A DNA stretch of 64,000 nt from Geosiphon pyriformis uo1 (lineage: Eukaryota; Fungi; Glomeromycota). Below the pieces are notes generated by a model. It made no database searches and was not told the origin of the DNA. It was given only the letters and a program-made list of their open reading frames with translations. Where the stretch lies: positions 1-64,000 of the forward strand of contig JAAOMT010000328.1 in assembly GCA_016748015.1 (NCBI GenBank). The letters are read 5' to 3'. The first letter of the stretch is position 1; every line of letters starts with the position of its first letter. Below are positions 57,901-64,000 of this stretch, piece by piece. Made by a program: the position numbers and the translations under genes.

Positions 57901-59490
57901 CTGAGAAATTTAGAATTTTTTGTGGTATTAACGCGTTTTCTAGCTCCATTCCAAGGTATTCAATGATGGTATTTTCTGGAATATAGACAGATTCTTTTGT
58001 GGTGTTTGTAATAGAAATTTTTATCCATTGAGCTTTATTAGCTGGAATAAAAAGGTTAGTAAGTCCTATGAGAAACTGTTGGCAAGTTTCTGGATAGGGC
58101 TCAAATATTAGGTCTTTTTCTTTAATTGTTCTTTTTATTCTTATTTCTGATTTTCCATATGATAGGAGCATAATAGACTGCTCAGTTTTAATTACTTCGT
58201 CTTTTTCCTCTATTGTTTCAGCAAAATTTGCTTCAATTCTTTTTTCTGTCGATCCAAAACCAAAAGTTTTTCTCATTGTTTGTAATAATTCCTCATGATT
58301 TTTCACTGACATGAATTTTCCAATTTTTACCAATGGTAGGAAAATTGCTTGTGCAATTTTTTTTTTAGATTCAATAGTATAAGGCTTTTCTGAATTGTTT
58401 TGTAGCAAAACCATCAAATTTCTAATGTATTCAGAGTCAATTACTCCTCCTTGAATGCTTATTCCTTTTTTTGTGAGGCTTGATCGCAACATTATTTGAA
58501 ATATTATTCCTAACAGAATTTTAACCACTATTTTCAGGTCGATTTTGGTGATGCTTTTGGGTGGTAATGTTGTAGATTTGTCTTCTGGATAATGTAGATC
58601 AAATCCAGTATTGGTTAAATGGGCTCTTTTGGATATTATTCCTAAGTGCCTGTTGTCAAAGTATCAGATGTTAATCACCTGTTCTAGGTTGGTATAGGCT
58701 ACAAATTTTTCTAATTCAGGACCATCAGGTAAGTTTTGTTGATTTATTGATTGATTTTGAGACTGCTGATTTTCAATTTCCATTTTTTTTTCTAAGTCTC
58801 TTTTGTCTTGACACTCTTCACAGTACTGATTTTGGTACAAGATAAGACAGTTTTCACAGAGGTAAGTGTTAATTTGGGCGAGGTATTGTTCTTGCTCTTG
58901 TTGAGTGAAGCATAGTTGTTAGTAGTAGTCCTGGAATTCATCTACTGGGTTGAACATGTTGTAGCTAGTGACTTTGTTAGCTACTTTGGTTAACTCTTTC
59001 CAATGTTGTATTTCTTCGACAATTCTTCCTCTTACTTTGGCCTATGCAGTGTTGTACAACTTGTTTTTGTCATGTGGGTAATATTGTAGTCTTTTTAATG
59101 CTCTGTTAAACACTGCTTTGAATGGCATTCCTTCTCTTATCCAGTCACAGATGAAGATCATGTATTGACAAGTTGCATCACATGTTCCTTTTCTGTCTGG
59201 TATGTTATTTCAGTTGCACCCTCTTGGTAATGGTTCTCCACAAGTGAGACATGGTTTCTTGTCCCATTTTCCATGTCTTTCTGGATAACTGTATTTTTCT
59301 TTGTTACAATAGTTACAATAGTAGTGGGTGGGATTTCTTGGGTCTTTGTCTGGTATGCTGCATGCAGTCATAGATGAGAGTTTTTTCTTGCAAACTGAAC
59401 ATTCTAGCTTTGGTCTGTGTTACTGGTGGTTTTTTCGTGGACTTACCTGGTTTCATTTGGATTTTTCTTCACTGATCCATATTGGTATGG
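54944..59490 (-). mobile_element. Ty3/Gypsy retrotransposon (family C), 3' part: Cys-rich domain, dUTPase, RT, RNase H, deleted integrase, 3' LTR
   Basis: dUTPase motifs (TGFDL, RSSL, GGVIDSEY, KIAQAIF, FGFGST; ~58250-58680), RT LDLISGYWQV..VYLDD, RNase H AIDVSGTGLGAIL..ELECLAVVW..TDHRGL, integrase HHCC (HSDIHLGHFG..CDSCQ), PPT ~55838-55851, LTR 54944-55836. Confidence 0.93.
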
Positions 59491-62400
59491 TGTTACCAGT
59501 AGAATTTTAGCTATTAATTAGCAAGAAAATTACCCTTATAATTCTTATAATTAATTAGTATATTAATATCATTTCAAATTATCATTTATTATTTAATCAA
59601 TTATCACATATTACAATTCAATTAAATAATCCAATTAGTATAACAGAAAGTAGAATGATCAAATTACACAATACTCTGAACTTTGTAACATTCTAAAATT
59701 CGCCAAAATTTATAAGAAATTCGCCGAAATTTACAAAAATTTGCTGAAATTATGAATAATTCACCCAAATTAATCAATAGTTCAGCGAAATAACTTGTAG
59801 TTCATCAAAATGTATCTTTAGTTTACCAAAATTTGAGCAAAGAGAAAAAGTGCAAGTTCATAGACTAGTACTACAACAAGTTGTATAAAAGAAGAGTTTT
59901 TTTCTTCAAGAAAATGTATCTTACTTTAGATTTATTACTTAGAACCATTTCTACACACACAAAAAAAAATAAATATCAAATAATTCAAAAAACCAAATTC
60001 TTTAATTATTGCACTTNNNNNNNNNNNNNNNNNNNNNNNNNNNNNNNNNNNNNNNNNNNNNNNNNNNNNNNNNNNNNNNNNNNNNNNNNNNNNNNNNNNN
60101 NNNNNNNNNNNNNNNNNNNNNNNNNNNNNNNNNNNNNNNNNNNNNNNNNNNNNNNNNNNNNNNNNNNNNNNNNNNNNNNNNNNNNNNNNNNNNNNNNNNN
60201 NNNNNNNNNNNNNNNNNNNNNNNNNNNNNNNNNNNNNNNNNNNNNNNNNNNNNNNNNNNNNNNNNNNNNNNNNNNNNNNNNNNNNNNNNNNNNNNNNNNN
60301 NNNNNNNNNNNNNNNNNNNNNNNNNNNNNNNNNNNNNNNNNNNNNNNNNNNNNNNNNNNNNNNNNNNNNNNNNNNNNNNNNNNNNNNNNNNNNNNNNNAG
60401 ACACAGCAACTCTAGAGTATTACCAGTCAATTTACACCCACTGCAAACAAAGATTCAACATTCCAGACGGAATTGAAGTTGTCAAGAAATCAGTATACCA
60501 ATATATTGAAAACTGCATCAACAATTATCTTTTTGGAAACTACAACATTTTAGAAGTTAGAAGCAATCTCTACAATAATTTAGTGCACTATTCACAATTG
60601 GAAACAGAAGACCTGAACAGTGAAACACTTGCTACCTACTTCCAAGAACTTAATTTTAACATTATTGAGTATTGTGAAGAAAAATACCCAGTACAGTCTA
60701 AATACTCTTTTGACTTTGAATCAGAGACAGAAATAAGCAACAAAGACAAACAAAAATTGAAGCAATACTCAAGAACCATGCCAAACACTCCAATACTACA
60801 AAAGACAACTGCCAAACACTTGCAAACATCTGAACAAGGAACCAGTGTCAAATTACTACTTTCTATTACACCATTTCCAATTTCACTTGTTCAATTACAA
60901 ATACCAAGTTCACCACTTAACCATTTCTCCAGACCAGAAGATTTTCAGTCATCTAGAAATCTTATTCAACAACAGGAACCAATATCAACAAGTGCCAATA
61001 TCATTGATTACTTACAGGAAAACAAAAGTAATCATTCAGAAAGCTTGGAAAGTGAAAAAACTGAATCAGAACCAGAAAAAATTACAGAAAACGAAAAAGA
61101 AATGGCAACTGTTTACATTGCAAAAATCCCAGAATTCACTGGTGAAGACAATGATACCAGTCCTCAAAAATGGTTTGACAAAGTTCAAAAAGCAGGAGAT
61201 GCAAATGGTTGGATCACAGCAAGAATGCTCAAAGCAATTCCCTACTTTCTCCAAGGAACAGCAGAAGAATGGTTTGAAAACTTAGAAGAACCATTTGAAA
61301 ACTGGCAAGCATTTAAAGATGCTTTTTTACAACAATTTACTGACAACAATACCTCTATCACTCTTAGAAACTGCTTTCACAATATTAAACAAGAAACATC
61401 TAAAACTGTTATGACCTATCTTGGAAGATTTAACAAACTTCTCAGACAAATCCGACAATTGGAAACCAATGACTACTATTCTGATGCTCAAATTCTGGAT
61501 CAGTTTATAGCAAGGTTAAAAGACAAACTGATTAAGAAAGTCTGTCCACATACTCCAGCAGACTTAGCAACTGCTATTAGACATGCAAAGAGCTATGAAA
61601 TAGCAATAGAAGAAGCAAATCACACCAAGCTTGTAAACCTTGCAATTGGAGAAACCAGCTCAGCAGCTGAAAAAAAGATAGACCAATTCACAAAAAAGAT
61701 TGAAAGCTACTTCACAAACCAACAACAACAGCAACAACAACCACAAAGATATCAACTCCCACAATGACGCAGCCAAAACAATTTTGAATCATCTTCCAAC
61801 AACCAACCTCAAAATTGTCATTATTGTGGAATTCCAGAACACTGGAAACGAGATTATAGGAAATTACAAAGAGACCAACAAAACAGGAGTAATTAACATT
61901 ACGTTTCATCACAACAATCTTATTACCAATCTCCACCACCAACCTACTATTCACCAAGACCACAAAATCAAAACAGTTACTATTCACCAGCTCCACAACC
62001 AATACAGCAACAATATTAGCAACCTTTACCAATTCAGCCATATCAGACACCATCCACTTAACAATATCAAGTACCAGCAAGAAAATTGGTTCAACATAAC
62101 CAATTCACACCCCAAAATCAATTGCAGAGTAACCACAATAGAATCAATTCAAATAACCAGTTGGTTCTCTGAAATTCTGGTCAGCAAAAACCCAATCACT
62201 ATTACACTCAACCCAGTTATCTTACAATACCAGAGGAATCGGATTTTTAACAAACTGCACTTTCTGAAGGTGAAGTTGCAGCACCAAGATTAAACCCTTC
62301 CAATCACACCATTCTATCAGCTCAAATTGCCCAAAATGCCAATCTGTCAAATATATTTCCATTTGAATTTGAAGCAAATGAATCACCATTTCTGCTTAGT

Positions 62401-64000
62401 AATGCAGCAGTCAATGAACAGAAAGCAATTACTACTATGTACACAGAAGCTACAGTGAAAGGAAAACCCATTTGCTTAATCTTAGATAATAGATTGGCTG
62501 GAAGTATCATTACTTATCAGCTGATACAACAACTCAAACAAAATATAGACAGACTAGCTCAAACAGTTATTGTCACAGCTGATAATATGAAGAAGACTCC
62601 AGTAAGAGAAATTGATAATTTCCCTTTTTCAATTGATGGAATCACCATTCCAGTTAAAGTTCTTGTTATGGATGCACCCCAATACCAAGCTCTAATCGGA
62701 AATGATTGGCTTCTCAAGGCCAATGCAAATCTGAACTGGGAAACTCAAGAACTTAAAATCTCATACCAAAAACAATATATCATAGTACCTGCAATCTGTG
62801 GTACCTTTAACAAATGATCAGAAAAAGCCCCAGTATTTGAATTTAAAGAGAAGAAAAAAATGCCACTTACTGAAACCTACATGGCTCTTGGATCAACATC
62901 CAATTGGGCTGAAGAAACAGAACAGGAGATTTTTGAAGAATCAAGAGGATGGAAGAAAGTTAGATATTCTACACCAGAACCATAGAAACAACCACCCTAT
63001 ATTCCACTCAAATGCAAAGATTGCAACAAGAAACTTTCATCAATGGAAGCATGTATTTCTCCAGAAGAAGAATATGAAACTTATATCTGTTACTTTTGCA
63101 AAGCATGCCATAGAGAACGATTTGGATCTCCAAAAAGAAGTGGAAAATAGAACAACACACCTTGCCTTACATGTGGAGAAATACTACCAGAAGAATACAA
63201 TTGGATTGATGTAGCAATGAGAGGAGGAGTATGTAATCAAACCTGTCAATATGCTCTATCAATTTCGGAAAAAGTCAGAAGAGAAACACCATTTGATGCA
63301 GCATACAACAGTGCTTTTAATAAACTTTACCACTACCCTCATGATGCTGAAATGATTTTTGACCTAGCAATAGCATTGATCAATAAAGCCACCCAAGAAG
63401 ATGTCTGCCAAATGAAAGAAGCTGAATATATTGAGTATACCATGGAATTAGCTGAATTTGATTATAAAGATGAAGTAGAAATCTACCACCAAATTGCAAG
63501 CCACATATATCTAACCCAAAGAAGCTCAAATTTAACAATTAGAGCAAATGAACATTCAATTGTGTAAAAAATGTGTTATGCCTTGTGATGACCAATAGTG
63601 TTTAGAATGTTATGCTCTTAGCATTCCTCTGCCAGATAAGAATGATGAAAATGAAATCGAATTTGGAGTATTTGAACTAGTATAAGAACTACCAACCACC
63701 CCTATTTATCTTCTTGAAAAGCAACCATCTCTACAACTTAAATATTTTGAAAACTATGGCCAAGGAATCAGACCAGAAAAAGCACACGAAATTGATGCTG
63801 GATATGATCTAAGATACCCAGGAAAAGATACTTTGGTTCTCCAACCAAAATTCTTGACAAAAATCAATCTCAAAATTGCTCTTGAAATTCCACCAGGAGC
63901 AATGGTTCAAATGGTCTTCAGATCATCATTGGCAAGCAAAGGAATCAATATTAGAGGAGGAGTTATAGATGCAGGATACACTGGAGACATTACCATCATA
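59491..64000 (+). mobile_element. Ty3/Gypsy retrotransposon (family B), 5' part, nested in or abutting the family C element; runs off the window
   Basis: LTR from TGTTACC at 59491, gag capsid IAKIPEFTGED..PYFLQGTAEEWF..IKQETSKTVMTYLGRF, knuckle CHYCGIPEHWKRD, protease LILDNRLAGS..ALIGNDWL, Cys-rich domain, dUTPase AHEIDAGYDL..RSSLASKGI..GGVIDAGYTGDI. Several in-frame stops. Confidence 0.93.
60017..60398. other. Assembly gap (N run)
   Basis: Run of N bases covering the LTR/PBS/gag start junction. Confidence 1.

Noticed and set aside
59881-60476. Long ORFs containing X runs (including the 628-aa ORF's N-terminus)
   Set aside because: Artefacts of translating through the N gap. Only the part after 60399 is real gag.
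61765-61767. Programmed gag-pol readthrough at TGA
   Set aside because: It lies before the zinc knuckle and is one of many transition-type stops, so mutation is the simpler explanation.

Overview
Eukaryotic, intron-rich, AT-rich fungal DNA. Short (~60-110 nt) introns, gene content and transposon style suggest Glomeromycotina/Mucoromycota, possibly Geosiphon-like (inference). The first ~39 kb is gene-dense: a 2-TM ENaC/P2X-topology membrane protein, CSN12/PCID2, a soluble MAPR (cytochrome b5-like) protein, ARS2/Serrate, a HEIP1/REDIC1-like meiotic gene that the ORF track misses, SIL1, a PPR protein, mitochondrial ProRS, ESF2, UFD2, SEC18 and RHO1. At 8.9-12.1 kb a patch of foreign or decayed DNA holds a fossil IS607-type element (serine recombinase plus Fanzor2/TnpB) and intronless ORF fragments that read better with TGA=Trp. 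From ~39.8 kb to the end is a heavily C-to-T mutated nest of transposons: an RNase H-containing LINE split by an LTR element, solo LTRs, and three divergent Ty3/Gypsy copies. All three carry an unexplained ~250-aa Cys-rich domain after the protease, and two still show a dUTPase ahead of RT. An assembly gap lies at 60017-60398. Exon boundaries were read manually and unstated ones are approximate.
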